The translations under genes were made by a program, and so were the position numbers. 64,000 nt of DNA from an uncultured bacterium (lineage in GTDB: Bacteria > Planctomycetota > UBA1135). A model generated the notes under the pieces. The model had not been told where the DNA came from. It did no database searches and saw only the letters and a list, made by a program, of their open reading frames with translations. Location: positions 61,504 to 125,503 of the forward strand of contig CALFOT010000036.1 of NCBI GenBank assembly GCA_937919925.1. Direction: 5' to 3'. Shown here piece by piece: positions 43,176 through 52,628 of the stretch (positions are counted from its first letter, which is position 1; every line of letters starts with the position of its first letter).

Positions 43176-44825
43176 GTGGCAAAAACGGCACACCTAACCG
43201 CTGAACAGATGGCCAGTTCGCAGCGCGAGATCTCGGTTTCCGAGTTCTTCGCCAAGAACCGGCACCTGCTCGGCTTCGATAATCCCAGCAAGGCTCTACT
43301 GACCACCATCAAGGAGGCCGTCGATAACTCGCTAGATGCCTGTGAAGAGGCCGGTATTTTGCCGGAAATCTTGGTGGAGATTATCCAACTTGAGGAGGAT
43401 CGCTTTCGCGTGGTGGTGGAAGACAACGGCCCCGGCATCGTGCGCGCACAGATTCCGAATATTTTTGGCAAGCTGCTCTATGGCTCGAAATTCCATAGTC
43501 GGCGCCAATCACGCGGCCAGCAGGGCATCGGTATTTCTGCTGCTGGCTTGTATGGGCAGATGACTTGTGGCAAGGGCCCACGTATTTGGTCCAAAACCAA
43601 GCGTGGCAAGATGCACGCATTTGAGATGCAGATGGACCTCAGCAAAAACAAGGCCATCATCACCCTAGATGAGGAGCACAGCGAGTGGCATCGCAAGGAA
43701 GGCACGCGCTTTGAGATTGATATTGAGGCCGTTTACAAACGTGGTTTACGCTCCGTTGATGATTACATCAAGCAAACGGCGGTTTCCAACCCGCACGCTG
43801 AGATTCGTTATTTGGCGCCGGGGCTCGACGCACATCGGGTGTATGAACGTGCGGTAACCGAGGTTCCCGAACGCGCCGACGAAATCAAGCCCCACCCCTA
43901 TGGCGTGGAGCTGGGCGAGTTGATGAAAATGCTCCGCGACACCGATTCGCGTTGGTTAAGCAGTTTCCTACAAGAAGAATTCTGCCGGGTGGGGCCGAAA
44001 GTCGCCAAAGACATCATCAAAGCAGCAGGTCTCAGCGAACGCTCCTACCCCACCCGTATTGCCCGCGAAGATGCCGACAAACTGTTTCGCGCGATTCAAA
44101 AAACCAAGATTTCTGCACCGCCAACAACTTGTTTATCGCCGATTGGCGAAGAGCGCATCGAGGAAGGCTTGCGTAAGGAATGCGACGCCGATTTTTATGT
44201 CACCGCCACGCGCCCACCATCGGTCTATCGCGGTAACCCTTTCCAGATTGAAGTTGGCATTGCCTGGGGCAAACCCAATAGCGACCAGCTGGATGTGGAT
44301 GAGCAGGGGCGTATCGTGAAATCGAAGCGCAAAAAAACTACCGATACGGAAGACTTACTTGGTAACGCCGATGAGCAAGTGCGGGTGCTGCGTTTTGCAA
44401 ATCGAGTACCCTTGCTGTTTCAGTTGTCAGGCTGTGGCTTCACCAAAGCTGTCATGCAAACCGCGTGGAAGAATTATGGCTTAAGTCAATCCAAGAGCTC
44501 TTTGCCGGTGGGGTCGGCGGTTTTCTTTATTCACATGGCAAGCGTTTGGGTGCCCTTTACCTCGGAAGCCAAAGAGGCCATCGCGGCATATCCGGAAATC
44601 ATCAAAGAAGTGAAGTTGGCTTTACAGGAAGCTGGGCGCAAGCTTGGCGTGCACATCCGCAAAGGCAAGAAGGTGAGTTCTGAATTCCAAAAACGCAGCT
44701 ACATCGAAAAATATTTGCCGCATGTCGGGATTGGCCTGCAAGAAATTTTGAACATTAGCATTGAAGATCGCGAAGAAGTCGTTGAGGCTCTCCGCGAAAC
44801 CATGGAAACCACGCGCAAGATCTAA
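43176..44825 (+). CDS. top6B: DNA topoisomerase VI subunit B (GHKL ATPase)
   Basis: [40 protein letters not shown] (N box), VEDNGPGI (G1) and [10 protein letters not shown] (G2). At 549 aa the length matches archaeal Top6B. The start is a GTG at 43176, with an alternative ATG at 43206. Confidence 0.85.
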   Translation: MAKTAHLTAEQMASSQREISVSEFFAKNRHLLGFDNPSKALLTTIKEAVDNSLDACEEAGILPEILVEIIQLEEDRFRVVVEDNGPGIVRAQIPNIFGKLLYGSKFHSRRQSRGQQGIGISAAGLYGQMTCGKGPRIWSKTKRGKMHAFEMQMDLSKNKAIITLDEEHSEWHRKEGTRFEIDIEAVYKRGLRSVDDYIKQTAVSNPHAEIRYLAPGLDAHRVYERAVTEVPERADEIKPHPYGVELGELMKMLRDTDSRWLSSFLQEEFCRVGPKVAKDIIKAAGLSERSYPTRIAREDADKLFRAIQKTKISAPPTTCLSPIGEERIEEGLRKECDADFYVTATRPPSVYRGNPFQIEVGIAWGKPNSDQLDVDEQGRIVKSKRKKTTDTEDLLGNADEQVRVLRFANRVPLLFQLSGCGFTKAVMQTAWKNYGLSQSKSSLPVGSAVFFIHMASVWVPFTSEAKEAIAAYPEIIKEVKLALQEAGRKLGVHIRKGKKVSSEFQKRSYIEKYLPHVGIGLQEILNISIEDREEVVEALRETMETTRKI

Positions 44826-44828
44826 CCG

Positions 44829-46037
44829 ATGGCTGCCAAGAAAAAAGTCACACCAAAAATCACACCAAAAGTCGCAGCCAAAGCCGCAGCCAAAATGCGC
44901 AAGGCTGGGCCGGACGAAAAAATCGGCAAAAAGGATTTGAAATCCGTCGCTTTGATTTCCATTGAGCAAGTCGCCAGCGAAATCTACACCGAAGCAAAAA
45001 AAGGCCGTTTACCGCAAATGGTCATGCCGCAGCGCAACCTTGATAACGTCACCTATGACCCCAAAAACGGCTATTTCGAGCTCAAGGGGAATATGAAAAC
45101 GCGCACCCTGGATGTCAACTCGGTGAAGACTTTTGCGCAAACGCTGCGCCTGATGTCGCTCGCGCAAGACATGGTCGCCGCAGATGATTTCGCAACTAAA
45201 CGAGAGGCTTACTACGTATCCAAAAACTGGGGCGATGCCAAGTTCAGCGAGCAACGCGAATCCGATATGGTGCTCGATGACATCGAAGGCATGTTCTCAG
45301 TCAAAGATGTCACGCGCGAGATTTTGCGTTTTGTGCCAGAAGATCATGGTGGCTCGGTGGTCGGGGCTTTGACGGTCATCGACAAAGATCCGGAAACCGG
45401 CGCGCTGATTCGCTCTGATTGCGCCGCAATGGGTTCTGGTGCCTACACCGTGCCAAGCTCCGTCGACCACCTCGGCTTTGAAACCACCGCGGAATTCATT
45501 CTGGCGATTGAAACCGGCGGTATGTTTCAACGCCTGAACCACCACCGCTACTGGCGCACGGCCAACTGCATTTTGGTGGAAATGGGCGGCGTACCCACCC
45601 GCGCCACCAGGCGATTTGTGCGGCGCCTCGCCGATGGACTCAAGCTGCCGGTCTATGCTTTCGTGGATTGTGATCCTTACGGCATTTGCAATATTTACCG
45701 CACGCTCAAAGTTGGCTCCGGCCAAGCGGCGCACGTCAACAAGCGCTACTGTGTGCCGACGGCCACCTATCTTGGCGTCACTCCGCAAGACATCACTGAT
45801 TTCGGTCTGGAAGATGCCACCCACCCGCTGCTGCCAATCGACATCAAGCGCGCCAAAGATGCTCTCAAAAACGACCCGTTTTTTCAGGCTTATCCTAAAT
45901 GGCAAAAAGCGTTGAACCAAATGTTGAAAATGGGAGTGCGCGCCGAGCAGCAGGCCTTTGCCAAATGGGGCTTGAACTTCGTGATTGAAGAGTACTTACC
46001 AGCGAAAATCAAACAGAGTAAAAAGTTTTTGCCTTAA
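44829..46037 (+). CDS. top6A: DNA topoisomerase VI subunit A (Spo11 homologue)
   Basis: KREAYYVSK (catalytic Tyr region) and Toprim motifs LAIETGGMF and FVDCDPYGI. The gene lies 3 nt after top6B. Confidence 0.85.
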   Translation: MAAKKKVTPKITPKVAAKAAAKMRKAGPDEKIGKKDLKSVALISIEQVASEIYTEAKKGRLPQMVMPQRNLDNVTYDPKNGYFELKGNMKTRTLDVNSVKTFAQTLRLMSLAQDMVAADDFATKREAYYVSKNWGDAKFSEQRESDMVLDDIEGMFSVKDVTREILRFVPEDHGGSVVGALTVIDKDPETGALIRSDCAAMGSGAYTVPSSVDHLGFETTAEFILAIETGGMFQRLNHHRYWRTANCILVEMGGVPTRATRRFVRRLADGLKLPVYAFVDCDPYGICNIYRTLKVGSGQAAHVNKRYCVPTATYLGVTPQDITDFGLEDATHPLLPIDIKRAKDALKNDPFFQAYPKWQKALNQMLKMGVRAEQQAFAKWGLNFVIEEYLPAKIKQSKKFLP

Positions 46038-46090
46038 GTCCTGACCTAGGTTGACGCAGATGGCATTGGAGGCCCAGCCTCCCCGTTGCC

Positions 46091-46603
46091 ATGAAATTCA
46101 ACCATCCCAAGACACAAGGATTTACGATTCTGGAAATCGTCGTTGCCGCCGCAATCCTGATTATGCTAGCTGGCATCGCCATGCCTACTTTTCGGGATTC
46201 TATCGCCGACGCGGAAGTGGCCTCCACGCGCTCGATGCTAGCCCGCATGCGTACCAGCATCGATTTCTACGCCTTCCAGCACCAAGAAAATTTGCCGGGT
46301 GAAGCGGTAGGTGGCGGCGTCTGGACTGCTACCACTCTGGATGAACAACTGCGCATGGCGAGTGATCTCGCTGGCAACACCGCGGCTGTAGGCACGGCTG
46401 GATTTCCCTTTGGGCCGTATTTGAACGAGGCTCTGCCCGCAAATCCGTTTAACGGCCTTTCCACTTTTACGATTATCGTTCCAGGTGGCGGATTTCAAGG
46501 TCCCGACGATACCACTGGCTGGGTGTATTGGGCCGACACCGGCACGATTCGAGCCAATACCACCGAGATCAGTCCCAATAACGGCGCGGTCTACGACCTA
46601 TGA
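46091..46603 (+). CDS. Major pseudopilin/pilin with a prepilin-type N-terminal methylation motif (GspG-like)
   Basis: MKFNHPKTQ-G/FTILEIVVAAAILIMLAGIAMPTF is a class III signal peptide with Glu at +5. Confidence 0.8.
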   Translation: MKFNHPKTQGFTILEIVVAAAILIMLAGIAMPTFRDSIADAEVASTRSMLARMRTSIDFYAFQHQENLPGEAVGGGVWTATTLDEQLRMASDLAGNTAAVGTAGFPFGPYLNEALPANPFNGLSTFTIIVPGGGFQGPDDTTGWVYWADTGTIRANTTEISPNNGAVYDL

Positions 46604-46739
46604 GCGACCCCTTTCAGAAGCGTCCTCCTCTGGCTCTCATCGCCGCTACGGTTTTTGTTGCAATGTGCTTACTCGTGACAACCTGGTGATATTCGCATCG
46701 AGAAAACCCCGAAGTTAAGGGAAATGAGCGGGATGGCCG

Positions 46740-47885
46740 ATGAGAGGGACGCTTTCTAAGAAGCAAACTCCTGTGAAATTCATCACCCGCACTTCCCCTG
46801 TCGCTGTTCATTTCGGCGCTCTGGACACCCGTCTCCTCCAGCTCAAGGAGGGACCCACTGGTTGGTCGGTGCATTGCGCCGAGACCGTGGACGGCAGTGG
46901 TCCAGCTCATCACACCGCCATCGTTGAGACTTTATTGCCCCGCTGGAAAGAACTCAAGCTGCGCGGCAAAGATTGCCTCGCGAGTATTTCCGGCGAAAAA
47001 ATTGCCGTCTCGCTGGTGCCAGTGGAGCCGCATAACCGTGAGCGAATGCAGCAAACCCTAAAGGAAACGGCAATGCGTTCGGTTGCGGATCCCGAAGGTG
47101 TCACTTATCGCTATTTGCCTCTTTCTGATGGCCTTAAGGGCAGCGATGGCCTCAGTGGCGACGACGGCATTAACGTGCGCGAAGAAATGCTGCTACTGTC
47201 CGTCGGGCAAAGTGAACTGCGACGCTGCACTACCACGCTCGAAAGTTTGCATCTCCGCCCCGTCAGTATGGAGGTTTCCGCCTTCCCATTGGCGCGCACC
47301 ATGCAGGCCATGCAGAGCCATGTAACCAGCCCGTGGGGGTTTTTACATCTGGGATTTCATCACTCCATCTTTGGCATCATGCTCGGAGGAGAGCTGCGCT
47401 TTATGAAGCCCATGCAGCTGACTGGTGAACGCCTACTCACAACCCTAGAAAAATCTTTGGCGCGTTTCGAAGAACCGGACTCGCAAGCGATTGCAAATTT
47501 ACTCAGCGGCATGCAGGAAGAACAGGAGCCTGTTGCCAAGGTCAACGCCGAAACCGTACCGCAAATCACTCTCAAAGCCGCTGGCCATGCGACCGAGCTT
47601 TTGCATACCCTTCGCTTGGAGGCAGAAGCCTTAGCGCAAGAGGTCCGCGCCTGCTTGCGTCACTTCGCCGATCGTCATCGTGGTGCCAAGTTACACAACT
47701 TGCAACTAGCCGGCTTTGGTGCAGCCCTCCCAGAAGTTGAAAACGCCTTGCAAAACGCGCTCAACTTCCCGACTACCATCGCCAAGCCGTTTACCACGCT
47801 AGGCATCAAAGCACCAGAATCTGTCCTTGCCGAGGAGCACTTGTGGTGTATTCCCCTTGGCCTTGCCATGCGAGCCTACGTATGA
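46740..47885 (+). CDS. pilM: PilM-like actin-fold assembly protein
   Basis: 381 aa with a PilM-like N-terminal layout (VAVHFGALDTRLLQLKEG...). It lies directly upstream of PilN/PilO-like bitopic proteins. Confidence 0.6.
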   Translation: MRGTLSKKQTPVKFITRTSPVAVHFGALDTRLLQLKEGPTGWSVHCAETVDGSGPAHHTAIVETLLPRWKELKLRGKDCLASISGEKIAVSLVPVEPHNRERMQQTLKETAMRSVADPEGVTYRYLPLSDGLKGSDGLSGDDGINVREEMLLLSVGQSELRRCTTTLESLHLRPVSMEVSAFPLARTMQAMQSHVTSPWGFLHLGFHHSIFGIMLGGELRFMKPMQLTGERLLTTLEKSLARFEEPDSQAIANLLSGMQEEQEPVAKVNAETVPQITLKAAGHATELLHTLRLEAEALAQEVRACLRHFADRHRGAKLHNLQLAGFGAALPEVENALQNALNFPTTIAKPFTTLGIKAPESVLAEEHLWCIPLGLAMRAYV

Positions 47886-48511
47886 GAACTGCTGACTTTT
47901 TACCTCTTGAAGCTTACGAGAATCACCTCGAGCGTCGGCGTACACCCAAGCGCTTGGCGATTCTTGGCGCGTTCGCCGTTTTGTGTTTGGTGGGCGGTGG
48001 TGCGGTGGCGCTCGAAGCAGACCACCAAAGCGGCCTTGCTGAAAAAGCAGAAGCTCCGAATCAACTCGAAACAACTGCCGGCGAGGAATTGCGCGGTTTG
48101 TACAAGGAGATGAATCAGTACGTCAGTCGTCTGGATCCACTCGCCGACCACCTCCGCATGCCTGCTCTGGGTGGCTTGCTGGCGGAACTCGCAGGCGCCG
48201 CCGGTGAGTTTGTGCAGATTGAAAAGATTGAGTGGGCCCACGACGTCAAACGTAAGGGTGTGATCAAAATTGATTCCGCCGAGATTCATCTAGCGATTAC
48301 CGCGCTGGTTCGCGGCGACCAAAACCTCGTTGACTTGCCTGCGCGCCTAGTGGATTACACCGGTTTTACGGAAGCCTACATCGGTGGCAACACTGAGCTC
48401 ATTCTGAATATGAACGATACTGTCCGTGCCACGATTTTCATCAGCGGCCCCCTGCTGCTGCCCGGTTTCGACACCCCGGTTATGCATTCGAACGGAGGAC
48501 TGCAACGATGA
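47882..48511 (+). CDS. PilN-like bitopic membrane protein
   Basis: A short cytoplasmic N-terminus, a single TM (LAILGAFAVLCLVGGGAVAL) and a periplasmic coiled-coil. There is an ATGA overlap with the pilM-like gene. Confidence 0.5.
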   Translation: MRTADFLPLEAYENHLERRRTPKRLAILGAFAVLCLVGGGAVALEADHQSGLAEKAEAPNQLETTAGEELRGLYKEMNQYVSRLDPLADHLRMPALGGLLAELAGAAGEFVQIEKIEWAHDVKRKGVIKIDSAEIHLAITALVRGDQNLVDLPARLVDYTGFTEAYIGGNTELILNMNDTVRATIFISGPLLLPGFDTPVMHSNGGLQR

Positions 48512-49068
48512 AACTCTCGCGTTACCGCCTGGCGTTTCTCGCCGGGTTTTTACTCGTGCCAGGAATGATCTGGGGCGTGCAAGTACGCCCCACTCTGGAT
48601 GAGCGAATCTCTTTCATGCAACGCCAGGAGAACGCTAAAACGGTTCAGGCCAAAAACAGCCAGTTGCCAGAACAGCGTGACGCCTTGCGCGACATGTGGA
48701 CGGAGTTTCTACCGGTTGCTGAGCATGCGCTTGCTGACTTAGCAACGGATCTCAACCCCCACCTGATTCAGAAACGCGTGTTTGCCGCCGCAGCGGAGCT
48801 CGACTGTCAAGTCCGCATTCAACAGAAGCCTAGTCTTGAGAATGACACTTCGGTGCGCTTTGTGCTCACCGGTGAAGGCCGTTACTCCAACCTAGTCAAG
48901 CTCGTGGACCAACTCGAGCAAGGGCAACACTTTGTGCGCTTTGAGAAAGTGTCGCTCACTATGCCGACTCGCGATTTCAGTAGCCCCACAGCATCTTCTG
49001 GCGGCGGATTGGTACGTATTGCGGCAATCATTTTGATTCCAGTGTGCCCCCCGGCATCGAATCCGTAG
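48508..49068 (+). CDS. PilO/GspM-like bitopic membrane protein
   Basis: 186 aa with a single N-terminal TM and a ferredoxin-like C-terminal part. There is a 4-nt overlap with the previous gene. Confidence 0.45.
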   Translation: MKLSRYRLAFLAGFLLVPGMIWGVQVRPTLDERISFMQRQENAKTVQAKNSQLPEQRDALRDMWTEFLPVAEHALADLATDLNPHLIQKRVFAAAAELDCQVRIQQKPSLENDTSVRFVLTGEGRYSNLVKLVDQLEQGQHFVRFEKVSLTMPTRDFSSPTASSGGGLVRIAAIILIPVCPPASNP

Positions 49069-49089
49069 AAGAGAAAGGAGGTTCCAAGG

Positions 49090-49770
49090 ATGGCTAGTTC
49101 GGCAACCAAAGCGCAACAAAAAGCGCAGAAAAAGAAGATCATCATCTTGTCCGTCATGATGCTCGCCACCGCCATGACCTGGGGTAAGGCGCTGTTTGCG
49201 AAAGATGAAAAGCCTCTGGCAGCGGCAAACCCAACCGCTACGGCTGTGCCTTTCGCGGGGGCCCCGCGCGGCGCTGGAGGTGCATCTGCGAGTGATTTCC
49301 AAACCAACTCAAGAACTCAAATCAGCAGCTATGCGCAAGCTACCCAGCGTATGGAAATGTGGCCTTCCGCGCTAAAACGGCGGGTTCACAGTGGCCGCAT
49401 CGAGGAGATTGTGCCTTTCGCCGCAGAAGCGGAAGTCACAGACCCAACCCCCGGTGAAGCTGTTGCCGCGAACGCTCAAACCGCTGCCTCTCCCACTCCA
49501 GCAGCTCCGGAGAAGCTCACGATTTTGTTCGAAGACTTGCATTTAAAACTCTCGTCGACGGCAATCATGGGCAAATCTCGCTACGCCAGGATCAATGGCG
49601 AGCAAGTCACGGTTGGCCAGGAAATCGAAGTTCAGGTTGGGCCAGAAACGGTCCGATATGAAGTTAGTGCGATTCATGCGCGCGAAGTGGAGATTCGCTA
49701 TTCCGGCGAAACCTACTCGTTGCGGATAAAAGTGCCTGGCTTAAACAACCGTGCACAAGAAGGAGCCTGA
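49090..49770 (+). CDS. PilP/GspC-like protein
   Basis: N-terminal TM, an Ala/Pro-rich linker and a C-terminal beta domain, LKLSSTAIMGKSRYARINGEQVTVGQEIE...VSAIHAREVEIRY, like the PilP/GspC HR domain. Confidence 0.45.
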   Translation: MASSATKAQQKAQKKKIIILSVMMLATAMTWGKALFAKDEKPLAAANPTATAVPFAGAPRGAGGASASDFQTNSRTQISSYAQATQRMEMWPSALKRRVHSGRIEEIVPFAAEAEVTDPTPGEAVAANAQTAASPTPAAPEKLTILFEDLHLKLSSTAIMGKSRYARINGEQVTVGQEIEVQVGPETVRYEVSAIHAREVEIRYSGETYSLRIKVPGLNNRAQEGA

Positions 49771-49773
49771 CCA

Positions 49774-51498
49774 ATGACTACACAACGATTCTCAACGACG
49801 ATTTTAGTGATCGCCGCCATGGCCGCAAGCACATCTGCTGCTGCTCAAGAGCAGCCTACCGGGCAAGAACCGGTAGTGGAACTAACCGCGCCGGTGCCCT
49901 TACCTTTCCAGCATTTAGACGCTGACGCCGCGATTACCGTGAACTTTCAAGATGAGGACTTGGGTGAAATCCTCGAACTATTCAGTACCAACTACGAACT
50001 GAACTTGGTGTACGGCCCCGACGTCATGGGGTCCGTCACCATGAACTTCTTTGATGCACCCGTACAAGACGCCCTGGCGAAACTACTGTCCGCAAACGGT
50101 TTCATGTACGAAATCGACGGCAAGTTTCTGATGATCAAGCCGCTGCCCACGGCGACGCCAGGTACCAGTGCTGCTTCGAAGTTCCTCCCCACGGTGATTT
50201 ACTTGAATCACGTGCGTGCTGAAGAAGCCATGCCAATGCTGCAGCCGATGCTGTCTGGCAATGAACGCATGATTTCGGGCATGAAACCGCAAAAAGGAAT
50301 CTCCTCGATTGAAGACCTAGGTGGCAATGAAGAAGCTTCGCAAGAGATTCTTGTTCTCTATGCAAGTGAGGCCAGCATCGAAAAGATCCATGATCTGCTC
50401 AAAAAAATCGACGTGCCGCCGACCCAGGTTTTGGTCGAAGCAACGATTTTGTCCGTTTCCCTCACCGATAATTTCCAACTCGGTGTAGATTTCAGCGCTT
50501 TTGGTGGCATTGACTTTCAGGCTATGGGCGGCGTCACTAGCGTAACCGATGGGATTTCCACGGACACGACTAGCGGCGGGCCCCTGGGTGGCTGGCTTGG
50601 TGGTTTGTCGCAACGCGGTTTCACCAACGCAGCCAGTGACGGCTTGCACTTTGGCATCCTGCGCAATCAAATCGGCATGTTTGTCTCCGCTCTTGAGAGC
50701 GTCAGCAACACCACCGTACTCTCAAATCCGCAGATTTTGACTTTGAACCGTCATGCTGCTGAACTCTTAGTTGGCCGCAAGCTTCCTTACATCACCACCA
50801 CCACGACCCAAACAGGAACACTGCAATCCGTGAAGTTCCTAGAAGTTGGGACCTCGTTAGTTTTTCGCCCGTTCGTAACCAATGATGGTTATGTACGCAT
50901 GGAAATCTATCCGAAGAAGTCGGATGGTTTTATCAACTCACTCGGCTTGCCTGAGGAGACCACCACCGAAGTAAAGACCAACGTATTGGTTCGCGAAGGC
51001 AACACCGTTGTGATTGGTGGATTGATCGAAACGGGTCAAGTGACGGAAACGGACCAAGTGCCATTCTTGGGCTCCATTCCTTATATTGGTGAACTTTTCC
51101 GCTCTCAGCTTGAAGTCGAGACCAAGAGTGAAATCATTGTTCTGCTCACGCCGCACATCATCGATGACGCAGGACTAGCACAACGGTCAGATAACTTCCG
51201 CATGCGCATCGATGCCGCACGCGCCACTTTGGCATCCTCGCACCACGGCTACTTACGCCCCGGTGTTGCGCGCCAAATGTACGCCCAAGCCGCCGACGCC
51301 TTGGCTGCCGGAGACCCCGCAGCTGCACTCGCAAAAGCCGAATGGGGCTTGCAAGCCATGCCTGCAGATCCAGATTTAAACGCGCTCGCCGTTCATTGTC
51401 GCCACGAAATCAGCGCGCGACTGGAAGACAAAACAGAGCTCCAAGGTGTCGTAGAGTTCTTAGACCGGGAACGTCAAAAGGAAGAGGCAAACAAATGA
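49774..51498 (+). CDS. Secretin (GspD/PilQ family)
   Basis: Signal peptide, N-domain and the secretin core VLSNPQILTLNRHAAELLVGRKLPY...VKTNVLVREGNTVVIGGLIE...QVPFLGSIPYIGELFR. Confidence 0.85.
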   Translation: MTTQRFSTTILVIAAMAASTSAAAQEQPTGQEPVVELTAPVPLPFQHLDADAAITVNFQDEDLGEILELFSTNYELNLVYGPDVMGSVTMNFFDAPVQDALAKLLSANGFMYEIDGKFLMIKPLPTATPGTSAASKFLPTVIYLNHVRAEEAMPMLQPMLSGNERMISGMKPQKGISSIEDLGGNEEASQEILVLYASEASIEKIHDLLKKIDVPPTQVLVEATILSVSLTDNFQLGVDFSAFGGIDFQAMGGVTSVTDGISTDTTSGGPLGGWLGGLSQRGFTNAASDGLHFGILRNQIGMFVSALESVSNTTVLSNPQILTLNRHAAELLVGRKLPYITTTTTQTGTLQSVKFLEVGTSLVFRPFVTNDGYVRMEIYPKKSDGFINSLGLPEETTTEVKTNVLVREGNTVVIGGLIETGQVTETDQVPFLGSIPYIGELFRSQLEVETKSEIIVLLTPHIIDDAGLAQRSDNFRMRIDAARATLASSHHGYLRPGVARQMYAQAADALAAGDPAAALAKAEWGLQAMPADPDLNALAVHCRHEISARLEDKTELQGVVEFLDRERQKEEANK

Positions 51499-52625
51499 AT
51501 AACGTCAAAGGAATCCTAGTAGTTGCTCTCTTTGGAGCCAGCTGTTCCGTCATCGGTCCACGCGATTACAGTGAAACATCTGATACAGAGGCCACCGCTC
51601 AGCGCAGTGTTTCTGTGACCCAAGACGGCAACAAGCGCGAACTTGATACCGAGCCGGTTGAAACAAGCGATTGGCAAGCCGCCAGGGGCAGCATCTTGCG
51701 CACCTTTGCTTTCCGCGCACTTGAAAAAAACTTGGTTGAAGAGGCGCGGTCGTATCTGACCGAAGCCTGTGAGATTGACCCAAACGACATCGCCTGCCAC
51801 GCTGCTTTGGCGCGTTTGTATCTGGCGGATGGTGATCAGAAGTCCGCGCTGATTTATGCGGAACGGGCAGCGCGCGTAGCGCCGAACAACCCTGAAATTA
51901 GCATGGTCTATGCGGCCGCGTTGGCGGAAAACAACCGCATGGAGGAAGCAACTGCCACCCTGGAAACCGCGTGGAACGAAGTGGAGCACAATCCAATTTT
52001 CGCACGCGCGATTTTGACTCACTACTCAGCCATGGGGCGGACCGACCAGGCCAAAGATTTTGTTCAGAAAATTTTGATGGAAGATCCTAGCCACGCGTCA
52101 TCCTGGGCTTTAGCTGGCGACTTGTTGTTGTCAGAAGGGGATCTGGAGGCTGCTGGCGAATCCTATCGCAAGGCGCTGGAAATTGACCCCAACACCCCTA
52201 CCCCGGAATCGGTACAACTGATTCTCGGCAGTACGCCAGCAGGTCAAGATCCGCTATTTAGCGTTGCGCAAGCGGCTGAAGCCAAAGGCGACTATAAGTC
52301 AGCAACCAACCTCTACCGTTTTTTGGTCGAGACCAAGCCTTTGAACATGGACGCCCGCATGGGGCTGAGCCGTGTTTTGTTGGAGCAAAAACGTTTCGAG
52401 CAAGCTGACTATCAACTCTCGCAAGTGACCCTTGGTGTACGCGGTTGGCGCGGCAACGTATTGCAAGCCAAACTCGACATCCACTTCGAACGTTACGGCC
52501 AAGCTCGCACTGCCCTTAAGCTGGCCCTCCAAGAGCGCCCGGACCAACGCGCGGCAGAACTCCTGCTGGCCTTCGTCGAAGAGCGCATTCAAGAAGATCT
52601 CGCCGACGGTCAGGAAGACGCCTGA
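51495..52625 (+). CDS. TPR-repeat lipoprotein (PilF/PilW-like pilotin candidate)
   Basis: The ATG at 51495 overlaps the secretin stop (ATGA). Lipobox VALFGASCS, and multiple TPR units. Confidence 0.6.
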   Translation: MNNVKGILVVALFGASCSVIGPRDYSETSDTEATAQRSVSVTQDGNKRELDTEPVETSDWQAARGSILRTFAFRALEKNLVEEARSYLTEACEIDPNDIACHAALARLYLADGDQKSALIYAERAARVAPNNPEISMVYAAALAENNRMEEATATLETAWNEVEHNPIFARAILTHYSAMGRTDQAKDFVQKILMEDPSHASSWALAGDLLLSEGDLEAAGESYRKALEIDPNTPTPESVQLILGSTPAGQDPLFSVAQAAEAKGDYKSATNLYRFLVETKPLNMDARMGLSRVLLEQKRFEQADYQLSQVTLGVRGWRGNVLQAKLDIHFERYGQARTALKLALQERPDQRAAELLLAFVEERIQEDLADGQEDA

Positions 52626-52628
52626 TCC

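Noticed and set aside
51342-51494. Upstream extension of the TPR protein ORF (start at 51342)
   Set aside because: It overlaps the secretin C-terminus in another frame and encodes an Arg-rich low-complexity peptide. The ATG at 51495 gives a clean lipoprotein signal and an ATGA coupling overlap.
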